Shown: positions 25,260 to 36,800, counted from the first letter of the stretch. The stretch: DNA of 64,000 nucleotides from Dicyema japonicum (GCA_011109175.1 RDEW01000001.1:2111485-2175484); one strand, 5' to 3'. Notes: generated by a model not told the origin, from the sequence alone. Program-made: numbers and translations.

Positions 25260-27390
25260 AGTTGTGTCTCAAAAACTAGAGGTCTTTCTTCTTCAGCATA
25301 GTAGGTGCCATCCGGTTTCTTAAGCACAATCTTGTTTGCGATTGACTCTGGGTTTTTCACTCTTCGGTATATCTTCCAGAAAGAGGGATTGTGGTTGTTC
25401 AGCTCCCGTAAATGAGAGTTCTACTTGTACTTATTCCAACTTTTGCATTGTTTCGACAACTGCTTTTGTAGTTCGCCGATTTTGTGAGACAAGGCTAAGC
25501 GGTCCTGTGGGTCTACGCATCTTCTTAGTTGAGCTCATAGATCATTTATTTTCAACACAATTTTCTTGATGTGCTATGGAATAGGGACAACATTATCGTT
25601 TCTTGAGTATATTTTTCTAGCAAAGTTATCCAGATAGTATAATATCCGTTACTCGTTTACTTGTTTTATCAATTTCCAGACGAGTCTTGGGCTCGGTATG
25701 CCTTTGCAATGAACATCCTATAGTGATTCCAGTTTAGATTCTTGGAATCGTAACCGACAAAGACTCCAGGTTTATTAATCATTTTCATATCCATGGATAT
25801 AAGCAATGGAATGTAATCACTGCCAATATCAGGAAGAGTATTTGGTACGTCGGCGTATTTTGAAATAGCAGGATAAGCAATGGAATGTGGTCACTGCCAA
25901 TAACGATAAATTAAAATTGACAGAATTTAATGGCGACAAAACAACAAATTGATGAAACAATTCTCGGATTCCTTGTCTTTAGATGAAACCGATAAAAAAT
26001 TTGATGTTTCAGTCCCTGGTATAGCCCCTTGTTTCCAGTATAAAGATATCGAATCAAAACCCGGAAGTACTGTATTTTCATTTGACTTCATCTTCGTTTC
26101 GTTGACAATTATCATATCAGCTTCCTCGGCATTCACCAGGGAAGCTAGCTCGTGATGCCTCCTCAGGATTGATCGGGCATTCACGAGCATGATCTTTATG
26201 TTTTGGATCACTGGTCTTGGCGGTCTGATTTCTTCAGGACCAGAGCCACCACTTGCAATAAATCTAATTTTACCTCATCATACTATTCGTTTAGACGGTT
26301 AATCACATATGTAAGTTTTCTCGATTGTTTTTCAGATGCCCCCGGAATAGATTTTCAGCAGGACCTTTTTAGTTTCTCCTCCAGGTATTCTTTATCCACA
26401 ATTGGTTTTTCTGTGTTGGATTCATAATATCGTATTTTAGAGGGACGATTTTTGATTATTGCGTTCTGCTTGTTTTCACTAGACTTCGTATCTAGGTAAC
26501 GTGGCGGAGAAGGATTTTCTCCTATCCTCCATGTTCCTAACCCATGACATACGGTTCCTCTTCCTGTGGAGGCCACGGCTTCCCTGGCCACCGGACAACC
26601 ACCATAACTCGTTCCGTGATCACCAGGACCCGCAGTTGATACAGGATTTTCTATTGTTCGGTTCTGGGCATTCCGGGGAACTATGTGGTCCTCCACACAA
26701 GAAACATCCCTTTGCCCATTGCAATGTCTTGCAATGTGTCCGAAATATTGACAATTAAAGCATCTTGGGAATGGTCTTCTGGCCCACTCACAATCAATTT
26801 CCATCCATCCAATGACAAGACCCAGGCGTATCAAGGACGTTAGCTTCTGCCCTTGACTTTAAACTCATTTTCACAACAGGGAGTTTTCTTCCATGCCTTA
26901 CAATACGTTTCACAGACTAAGTGGTTGGAGCAATTTCTTGTCATAATCGTCTTCCTCAATCTATATTGGCACACTCTTTAGAACAATTTCCGAAAGCCTC
27001 TCTTGAGTTCGATCACCTTGTGGTTTCCCTTACCGAAAGGAGAAAATAGATTAGTCTCTTAAATGAATGAGATTTTATCTGACTCTTCTTTAAACTCCAA
27101 TCGGAAAATCCCGGACCTTTTTCCAGTCACTCTGCCGTTTTTCAGTGATTTCAATCCACATAACAGGTTTGCAAGTTTAATACTCCATGCTCTTGTCTAT
27201 AGCCGAGAGTTCAACTGTCAACCAATGATTTGTCGACTCCGCTCTGGTCGCTGATTTGGGTTTGTCTTTCCCAGTTAACGGTTCTAGAGACAGATCCTTA
27301 ATGCTTTCAATACAACTCTTCTTTAAAACCTCTCCAGAGGTAGCCTTTTTGATATTAGTAATCCTCTTTGTAGGGGCTTTTTAACGACAG
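25260..27390 (-). mobile_element. Two-ORF Jockey/I-like LINE 5' portion (gag-like ORF1 with CCHC knuckles + APE)
   Basis: CFNCQYFGHIARHC, CFLCGGPHSSPEC and a third C..C..H..C knuckle (26355-26834 region). APE start IKIMLVNARSILRRHHELASLV..IIVNETK; IGSDHIPLL. Confidence 0.88.
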
Positions 27391-27516
27391 ACATCACCAC
27401 GCAACAACTATGTTTTTTTCTAACTTTTCGAATGTTTTATATAGAAAAACGAAAATAGTGGTCTTTTGTCATTAACGTGAATTATTATTAAAACTACAAA
27501 AATAAAACCTTATTAT

Positions 27517-27710
27517 TAGGGCGATTTTTGTCAATAAAGTCAAAAATTGATATGTTTTTTAAAATTGTTTAAAACTTATAAAATGTAGTTTTTAATCAAA
27601 ATATTATATTAGTCAAAACTTATAAAGTCAAAAAAGTCAAATTTTGAATTTTAAAGTCAATTTTTAGGTCAAAGTTTCCGATTTATAAAGTCAAAATAAA
27701 AATCGCCTTA
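27517..27710. mobile_element. hAT-type MITE with TAGGGCGA TIRs and aaagtcaaa internal repeats
   Basis: tagggcgattttt / aaaaatcgcctta (12 of 13); flanks cttattat / ctattatc (near 8-bp TSD); an inverted homolog lies at about 30120-30285. Confidence 0.7.
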
Positions 27711-28105
27711 CTATTATCTATAGTTTTACGTCGTTAGAGACAATCTAAGTGGTTCCATCACTCATCTACAAACATGAATTTTAGACAATAAATACTGCCA
27801 ACTAATTATGGCAATGTATAACGATAAATTAAAATTGACACAATTTAATTATTCTTGAAAAGTTAATTAATCTTTTCTCATGATCGCAGTCACGGGGAGA
27901 CTTGACCTTTCAAGCAACATAGTCCATTCAAAACTACAGTTGTGGGAACCTCCCAAAATATAATTTTAGTAAAGTGACCCTTTTTGACGTTGCACAGAGG
28001 GCCTTGTGAAAAAATGATTACATAAAGTTACTAAGGAAAGGGATCACAGATGAAGTTGGATTCTAACGAATGAAAATAAAACTGCATAATTAGTAATGTT
28101 AATAT

Positions 28106-28776
28106 TCAAGGTAATAAAGTGAAAGTACTAAATACAAATGAAGTGATTACTTGGTAAAATATTCTATTTTTTTCATTCCTAAACTAAACTCTTCAAACTA
28201 ATTGAGCCATCTCTATTCAAATCCAGTTCTGAAATGATCTATAAATAAATTCAAATAATAACGTTTTGCAAGACTGCTTTTAAAGTATTGCTATCTAACG
28301 AATATTCACCTATAATATTTTGTACTGTAGTCGAAATATCCTCCTGGCCTATTTTCCCATTATCGTCACAATCTCACAAATTTATTATAAACACCACCAT
28401 AGATTTTGAATGCGAAATTAATCTTCACTTCTATGTCTGCACGACAAGAAAGAATTGAATGTAAGTTTAAAAAATCCTCAAAATCCATAAATGGATTGTT
28501 ATCAGTAATTATTTTAAAAATTCTACCCGAAAAAGGATTATACTCATGTAAAATATAAAACAACCTTAAATTCTGGAATATTACAAAATTGTTCATAGGA
28601 AATGCCTTGATTTTCTATCGTCTCTGAATTTGTTTTAGTGTACATTTTAAATTTTTTATAAAGAGTTAATATTTCATCTTCAAATAGATATGTTAGGTTC
28701 TACAAAATTATTATTAAAAGATAAACAGTATATGCATTCATTTTTCTTCAACAATAAGACTTTGCTTGTTACCCAT
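28106..28776 (-). CDS. CIB: CIB-family (calcium- and integrin-binding, CIB2/3-like) EF-hand protein; 5 introns; two apparent 1-nt deletions
   Basis: MGNKQS (myristoylation motif)..LTYLFEDEILTLYKKF..PEFK|YNPFSGRIF..DFEDFLNL..KINFAFKIY|DCDDNGKIGQED..|ELDLNRDGSISFEEF..|NTFTLLP*. Introns are 28700-28726, 28543-28564, 28373-28397, 28239-28262 and 28128-28150 (27, 22, 25, 24, 23 nt). Confidence 0.9.
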
Positions 28777-28848
28777 ACTAATTAATTTTTAAATTTATTT
28801 ACTTAATAATTAATATATTAAATATAAAAATATTATTATTAATTTATT

Positions 28849-28988
28849 AGAGGGTTCAATTGGACAAGGCGCTCTCGGAGTTGTTTCAGCAACCAGAATC
28901 GAACCTGCCTGAGGAGGCTGGCGAACAGGCAGGCGAGGATTATTAAATATATTAACTTTTTTAGTGTTTGTTAATAAATTGGGTTTAT
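28849..28988 (+). mobile_element. 140-bp retroposed 3' fragment with 17-bp TSD
   Basis: GC-rich island flanked by identical attattattaatttatt (28832-28848 and 28989-29005); one frame ends ..LDKALSELFQQPESNLPEEAGEQAGEDY*. Confidence 0.6.
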
Positions 28989-29419
28989 ATTATTATTAAT
29001 TTATTTAAGATCCATTGTTAACAAATATAGGTCAGTAGGGCAACCAGAAAATTGCAATTTTCAAATTAAAATTGCAAGTAAATTTATTTAATTGCAAAAA
29101 ACTGCAGTATGGAAAAATTAACGAAATTATTTATTGTAATACGAAATTAAATATTCCTGAACATTTTCAGGTTTAAAGTTCCTCTCTTTACTAAGAATTT
29201 TCGTCAAAAGAGATATTGCCCTTTCGACAGATGCTGAACTTGCGCTACATTTTCTGAGATGTGAATAAACTTCTGGCGATAGATTTTTATTTGAGAAATC
29301 AAGAATACATAGTATCCCAGATTTTTGAAGCTTTTTTGATATATAGTAAAAGTTATGATTTCATAATCTAAAGTACCCAGATGTTTCAAAAATTATATAA
29401 TTATGAATGTTAGATAAAT

Positions 29420-29630
29420 TATTATCACTCTAATAGAGCATGGGTGACCAGTTTTATTTTTAATCATTGGTTAATAAAATTGGATAACGAATTGTTTTAT
29501 CAAAAAATTTTTTTTGTTATTAATGGACAATTGTCCTGCTCATTGTATAAAATCCAAATTGGAGAACATTCAGATATTATTTTTTCATTAAAATAGTACA
29601 GCCTTTATACAACTTATGGATATTGGAATC
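29420..29630 (+). mobile_element. pogo/Tigger DDE_1 fragment
   Basis: LLMDNCPAH..LENIQILF..STAFIQLMDIGI. Confidence 0.7.
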
Positions 29631-29649
29631 ATGCTCAGTCCTCTATGAA

Positions 29650-30060
29650 ACAAGAAGCGACCTGGCATAATTTTCTACACTTTTTCGGCAAGTGCAAGTA
29701 GAAGGAAGATTATGTCCAATACCCTCAAACAAGTCTCTTAAGCTTTTACTGTTCAACTTATGCAAGGGAATATCGGATTCGACAAAAGCCTTAGTGACTT
29801 TATCGACTCATGTCGGCTTATGGGAGGAGAAAATCAGTTTGGTTATAGTATTGACACCTGTAAAATAGTAATAAAAATAATAAACCTGCTAATTTGATAT
29901 GTTTCTTAGACGATTATGCGATTCAATAAACATGCTTTTTTGCTGTTATAAATGTCCCACACAAATTCCAAAATAGATTTCCTTGTGAGTATAGAAAATT
30001 CATCATGATATTTTCTAACTAATTACTCTATCTTTTTAGTGTCATTCTTGATTGAACGCA
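29650..30060 (-). mobile_element. CGGBP1-like (hAT-derived) transposase N-terminal fragment
   Basis: KVTKAFVESDIPLHKLNSKSLRDLFEGIGHNLPS resembles the AF...DIPL.KL motif of CGGBP-type hAT transposases (recognised from memory, not searched). Confidence 0.55.
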
Positions 30061-30119
30061 ACATCACAATGAATGATGATAATTGATCACAATGAATGAT
30101 GATAAAAACTCAAAAATTA

Positions 30120-30285
30120 AAAAAATCAATAAAAATTTTGACTTTATTGACCTAAAAAATTAAATTTTGACTTTATAACATTTTGAATTATATAATATTT
30201 TTGATTAAAAACTACATTTTTATAAGTTTTAAACAATTTTAAAGAACATATGAATTTTTGACTTTATTGACAAATCGCCGTAATC
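30120..30285 (-). mobile_element. Second copy of the hAT-type MITE (inverted relative to 27517-27710)
   Basis: Reverse complement gives ggcgatttgtcaataaagtcaaaaattcatatgttctttaaaattgtttaaaacttataaaaatgtagtttttaatcaaaa, matching 27520-27610. Confidence 0.8.
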
Positions 30286-30294
30286 ATTAGTCCT

Positions 30295-30545
30295 CCACCA
30301 AGCTTAATCTTTCTGTCTTTACGGATAACGGAGTATCCGGGAAAGGTTGGGGTTCGTATGTTTGCTTGTTGCTTTGTCTCTTGGACTAGAATAATGTCAA
30401 TTTCATTTCTATTGAGTAAGTGACGGACTTCCCAGCACCTTGTTTCGTATTACGTTAGTATTGATCTGGACCAGGTTGATTTAAAGGCCTCGGTTGGATT
30501 CGACGTCTCCACACAAAATTAGAGCGTACCTGGAAGACCATCCTC
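30295..30545 (-). mobile_element. LINE 5' fragment: 2A-like peptide + APE N-terminus (third family)
   Basis: ALILCGDVESNRGL (30484-30525), then LVQINTNVIRNK..NEIDIILVQETK..PGYSVIRKDR. Confidence 0.8.
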
Positions 30546-31739
30546 CTTCATGGATAGAAAAAATCATTATTAGATTGATAGACATACTTTTTGTTCGATT
30601 TGGAAAATATGGAGAGTATCAAGAGTACGACATGTAACTCTAAAATGTAATCTCCCTATTCAAGTATGTTTTCTACTATCATTATAATAAATTATCATAA
30701 ATATCTCTACAATAGAAAATAATATTATAAACCAGGTCATTGCCCTCATTAGAAATATATCATTCAGAACAGTTGAAAAAATAAAAAATAATGGAAAAAC
30801 AAATAGCATAACTGAATCAAAGCAATATGGTTAACCCGATAGCAAGTACTTTTGTGGACACGAGTAGTTCGTGATGGTTATTTAATAGCAGAAGTCTTCA
30901 ATATTTCAGAATATAGGAAACAGTCTTACCTATTATAATAAAGACAAAAAACTCCAGATATCCAGATATCCCGTACTATTTTTCCAGTAACTCCAGAGAC
31001 GTCGATGACGGGCCTTTCTTTTAGAAATATACTGTTCTGTCATTCTGTATGCTCTTTTTATACGGGCATCATCTCAGAATTTGTCGAAAGAAAAACACAT
31101 ATATATGAATGGTAAGATATACAGTTTATTTCCGGCATAGATTTTCAGAAGGTTCTTTTTGATGATTACGCTTTCGGAGTAGTGAAAAAATCATATGTGC
31201 ACGTCGAAGGTAATACCCAGAGTATTATGGTTGTAGCTAAATGAAATTTTGATATTATCCACTTTGAGCTTCACCATCCGTCGCATAAGGCAGTGTTTCT
31301 CAACGAGGGGCGATTCAAATTTTACTTGTAGGAAATGACCAGATGGGATGACCATCTTCCCCTTTAAAGTTGGGAAACCTCTTGTATGGGACGTCATCTT
31401 CAACGACACGTTTGCCCCTTGCAACCTCTGAAACGGGCAAAGTACACTGTTCTACCCTATGATTTTTTGTTTGTTCCACTAGCCACTTTGATGTCTGGTT
31501 ACTTTATTCCTTTCGGGACCGACAGAATTGTCCGGTATAGAGGGGAGGCCGGTATATTGAACAAGTCATTAAATTTACTTATAACGAAAAAGTGAAACAG
31601 TAAAATTAATAGAAATCTGTCAATAAGGATTGCCTCGCATTTAGCTTCGATTCAGCAATCGCTTTATTGTTGAGATAGATCAGTCTGTTGACGGGATCGA
31701 GTAATGCAGGGTCTTGAGTGCAAGCAAAGTGGCAGATTT

Positions 31740-33150
31740 GATCTAGCATTTGTTAACATTTGTGCGTGTTAATTTTTCTATATGTTTTGGCTCTGTTTGC
31801 TTATCAGAATCTGAGTCACTGTCATTATCTTCAGAAGCTGAGACTGTTTTGTATTGCTCAACTATGGATGATTCCCAATCTTGGGGAAATCCAATGGGTA
31901 GTTCCAAGTCTAAGTTGACAAATTCTTCTTCTGTCATTGGATTATCGACTACTCTATTCATGAGGGGTATGAACAGTAAATTGTTTTAGGGATTGTCGTT
32001 TATATCATATATTTTGACTGGAATGCCACACTTATTAAAGCAGAGGGAGATTCTATTTGATTTCACGTCCATCCAAGCTGTGTTAATCCACCGGATAGCA
32101 TCCAAGAGAGAAATTTTTTGCAAGTAGTGCGCATTGGTTTCTGTGTCCATTTTGGCAAGAAGTTGAGTCTTTTGTATCTTTCTTTAAATGACCGAATAAT
32201 TCCTTGATCCAGAGGCTGTATGACACTCGTTGTGTTAGCTGGAAGAAATTTGAGTTCCACGTTGGAATATTTTACGTTTGGTGAATGTGATGCTGCATTA
32301 TCCAAAAACAAATAAATTTTCGTTTCTGGCGCATCATCTGCATGTTCACATCTTGCAACCATTTTGAAAACAATTTCGATGTCATCCAGGCTGTAACGTT
32401 GGAGCAGTAAATAACAGGTAACTCATTCAGATTAATATTCTTTAAACATCGGGATTTTCGAGACTTGCCAATTGGCTTTAGCTCTTCTCCTGTCGAACTG
32501 CACTCAAGCATTACAGTAAGACGTTCCTTCGTCTTCTTTGAACCACTGTGATGATTACCTCTTACTGATAGTGTTTTATCAGTAAGGGCACAATAGAAGA
32601 CTCCGGTTTCGTCGCAGTTAAATATATCCTCTGGTCGATATCCCTCAATTAGAAACGGTACACGTTCCATCCAGTCAGGTACACGTTCCATCCAGTCAGA
32701 AACAACATCACTGTCAACATTTGTTTTTTCACCACTGATACAGTACGACGGGATTGAGTAACGGGATTTCCACCTGCAGAACTAGCCAGTGGAAGCTTTA
32801 AAATCATTTTCGCCCAGTGCTTTAGCAAACTCTGTAGCTTTTGCAATAATAATTGATCCTGACAATCAAAAGGTTTTGAGCGTGCTATTTGTAACCACTC
32901 CAAGTGATTTTATTCAAATTTTCAAATTTGCAGTTGTTGTCAAAACGTTTTTTAGCAGAATTTGCGTTGCTAATGAATAATTCCAAATAAACATCAGCCT
33001 TTTTAAGTATGTCTGATACAGTGCTGCATTCAGCTCATACTTCTTGCTGAGAAATATTTGTGTCGGCTTAGGTGTTTGGTTCGATTCATTTATTGTTTGA
33101 ATTTTCTTTTTTAAAGACAATTAGCAACGTAATCGTTTTCTTTGCGGAGC
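31740..33150 (-). mobile_element. Tigger/pogo transposase pseudogene (second family)
   Basis: HTH N-terminus, EDIFNCDETGVFY, KERLTVML, LFLDNAASH, FLPANTTSVIQPLDQGIIRSFK. Contains a 21-nt in-frame tandem duplication at 32657-32698. TIRs not clearly found. Confidence 0.9.
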
Positions 33151-33864
33151 TATCATCTTGTAGTTTTTGATTTTCTAAAAAAATGAATTAAAACAACAAG
33201 TCATTGAATAGGTAAAGTCCGCCGGTTGGCCTGGACTGTTCATCCGGGTACCATTTATCCTTGATATCCATCCAATTACTAATTTATCTCCAGAACGTTT
33301 TAGGTACAAAGCCAGTACGCCCATCTCCAGTTAGTTCTCCCTTTGTAGGTCCTTTCCCCAGTATGTTATTCCACGGTGGTCTCAAACCGTCCTGCAGGGA
33401 CCGATGATGTGGTTAACAAAGTCCCGTGTAGATCCCAATTCGAATGTAGGAAACAAATGGTGTGGGTACCCCCTGTAAGTCCCAACTCCAGTATGACATC
33501 CACAGTATTCTCAGGTCCTGTAGGGATCAATGGCCTGGATAACAAAGTCCCGTGTAGACCCGGATACGAATGTAAGGATCAATTAGTGTGGGTACTAGGT
33601 CCAACTTGGAAAATATCCCGAGTTTTGACCCTTTGGCTACTCCGTCCCCCAAAAGGTTCCTTCGTTTTTGTAGAATATGTCTATTCGACCCGTAGTATGT
33701 TTCTCAACCTTGTAATATATTCCTTCGTCTAGTACAGAGGTTGTCAAACGGTGTGCCGCCTGCCAAATACAAATTTGAATAAAATTTATATACATTTTTT
33801 GACCTAATTAATTTAAAAAGATAAACAAATTAAAAATAATTACTAAAATTAAAATAATCAATTT

Positions 33865-36800
33865 AAAAAAAACGTGGTGGTGTGGTGTTGTGTTGTGTTT
33901 GTCGACGTGTTGTTACGAAAAATGCAGACACAACAATGAAGACTAATGAAGAAAGGAAGGAAAACACCTATCCATGTGAAAAGTGCAACGTAACTAATAT
34001 GAGAAAAAGGATGATCGCTTGTGCAGCATGTTCAAGATGGTATCACAGGTCTTGCGTAGGAGTGTCCAAGAAGGCTCTTATCAATATGACAAAATGGAAC
34101 TGCCAACCATGCCTTTCATCTGGTACTGCTTTTTCTTACTCCAATCAAACTGCTTGTATTGAACCGTTTGACCCTACTCTCGTAGCAGATCCTGATGAAG
34201 CTCTGAAACTGATGTCTAGAACGCGCTCGGACGTGACCATTCCTGTGAAGATTCCCAAAGGTGCGAGAACTGCTGTTGCCGAGGCTCTGATCTCCACCAT
34301 CAAGGATGTTTTGAAGCCTGACGCCGTTTCTTCGGAATGGGTCAAATTTTTCCTTTTCCCGTCACTCACTCTTGGGATCAGAAGACCAACGGAAGCATCC
34401 ACTTCTCTCGCAACGAATATCAAAAAGAGAGTTAGACTGTTTCTAAATGAACATAAAATGTCACTTACTGCTTTAAAATCAACTCAAATTGCACCCCGGA
34501 GTTCAAAGCGTCCGAAAACGGAGGAACTTCGCTTAATAAAGAAACTAATCAGGATGAAACTTATGGAAGGCGATATTCGTGGTGCTGTACGGCTATTAGT
34601 TTGTGATCCTGGGACACTTAAAAACACCCCTGAAACGCTCATGTCTTTACGAGAAAAACACCCCGGATCCCCCGAAGACTTGAGAACTATAAAACCTTTC
34701 CACGAGGAACAATTGCTCGCCTCTAACGAAGATATAATCACCTCCCTGCGTTCATTTCGTCCTAGTAGTGGAGGTGGTATCGATGGCTTGAGACCCGGTC
34801 ACCTACGTGATCTCACAGCTCCAATGATGGGATCTGTCGGAAAGGATCTTTCGAATGTTATTTGCGAACTGATCAACAAAATTCTTTCTGGATGTTTGTC
34901 TCCTTTCGGTCGAGATATGTTATTTTCTGCTAATCTTGTTGCTCTCCGAAAGCCTGACGGCGGTGTCAGACCGATTGCTATTGGAAACGTGTTTAGGAGA
35001 CTTGCAGCTAAAGTCGCTTGCTTTTCTGGGGTTCAAAGATTACTTCCTAGTTTCAGTCCTATACAGATGGGCGTTGGAGTTCGTGGCGGTGCAGAGGCTT
35101 GTGTCCACGCAGTGAGGAGTTTTTTCACGTCGTCGTCCAATGCAAAGAGGACGTTGTTGTCTGCAAAGTAGATCTTAAGAACGCATTTAATTCCATAAGG
35201 AGAGATCATTTATTGGAGTTATGCCAAAAAAATTTACCACATATTTGGGAGATTGTTCGCCTTTCATATTCTAATCCATCATCATTGGTTTTCCACGATG
35301 CCATCATTAAATCACGAACTGGTGTTCAACAAGGCGACCCACTTGGACCTCTTCTCTTTGCTTTGGGGATCCATGGAGTAGCCGCATGCTTAAAATCACC
35401 TTTAAATTTATGGTATTTGGATGACGGAATCATTGGTGGACATCCAGATACAGTTTTGGAGGACGTGCGTCGTTTGATATCTGAATTCGAAGCGATTGGC
35501 CTTTCTGTCAACAAGGCCAAATGTGAATTAATCAAGATCAATTTGAGTCCCGATCTGACTACTTTCTACAATGACCAGTTTAAACACACTCTCGAAAATT
35601 ATGCATCGGTTCCAGTTGGGGAGTCTCTGTTCCTTGGTTCTCCTATATTCGAAGACCAAATTGTGGACGTGTTTAAAGAAAGGACAATAGAGCTCGGTAC
35701 TTTTGAGACCCGTTTGCGGCATGTTGACAACCATATTGCCCTCTTCCTATTGAGAAACTGCTTGTCCATTCCAAAGATAGAAAAATTTATTAATGAAAAA
35801 GAGTTAAAAATTAAGGCATCTGAATGGCCATGCTATTTCCCCTAACAATAGCCAACGAGATACGTTCTCGGAACCAACCAGTCTCTCGCGGATCCTTGGT
35901 CACAGCTTGAATCATGGAGCCGATCTTACGAACCTGCTTGGGGGCCAAGGATTAAACTATTTACTAAGGACTGCATCATGTTATAAGTGTGATTCCCTTT
36001 TAATGGAATACTCTGATTGCCTCAAAAGATGTACTGAATTCGTACTTAACGTTTCTCTTGACACCCCTGGATGGATACAGACTCAATTACCGATATCATT
36101 GGGTGGAATCGGTCTTACTACTCCCTGCCAAATTGCTGGCCCAGCGTATTTTGCCTCTAAACTTTCATGCAAAAACCAAGTGGACTCAATTCTTTCAAAG
36201 CTTCCATCTCGGAAACTGTCCAATGACTTGGTTGAATACATGGACGTGTGGCGGAGTGAAGGGCTTAGCGAGCCGCGTAATCCAGACCAACAATCGTCTT
36301 GGATGATCCATAGATGGAATGCTCTGGCATCCAACCTAGTCAGCCGGCTCTCTGGACATCGCCTGGATTGTTTCCAAAATTCGAGGGAGGCGGTTGATCT
36401 TGGCTTGGGGTTTACCCATGTCAAGAAGTTGGTGGATTGTTGGATGATGACTCACTTCGTACAGCTGTATGTCTACACCTCGGATTGCCTGTTTGCACCA
36501 AATCGAAGTGCAAATGTGGCTGTCTATCGGACGAACTGGGTCTCCACCTCCTCTCATGCCGGAGCGGAATTGGCAGATCTTCTCGACATTCGGCAATGAA
36601 CGGCATCATTAAGAGGGCATTAGAATCGGCTGGATTCCGTTGCCGGATCGAACCGACTGGTCTATTTGACAACGGAAGACGCCCTGACGGCATGACCTCC
36701 TTTCCTTTTGAGCGAGGGCGAAACCTTGTATGGGATGTGACCTGTGTCTGCTCTTTCGCCCCAAGCAAAAAAAATAATTCACCGGGCAGACCTTCTTCTC

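Noticed and set aside
25796-25903. CRISPR-like pair of ~33-nt direct repeats around a ~40-nt spacer
   Set aside because: Only two units, they encode the APE IGSDHIPLL motif on the minus strand, the context is eukaryotic and no cas genes are present.
28741-28750. Euplotes-like +1 frameshifting at AAA-TGA in CIB
   Set aside because: The other frameshift sites lack an AAA-stop context, and all lie in homopolymer runs; assembly error is more parsimonious.
28849-28940. HDV-like ribozyme suggested by GGCGAA in the GC island
   Set aside because: The 8-bp stem encloses only 14 nt, leaving no room for P3/P1/P4.
30063-30105. Short tandem duplications (also 32657-32698 and 59657-59712)
   Set aside because: Isolated 20-22 nt two-unit duplications typical of slippage in decaying TEs.
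31291-31385. Tiny hAT MITE starting cagtgtttctcaac
   Set aside because: The right end (gttgggaaacctct) matches poorly and no TSD was found.
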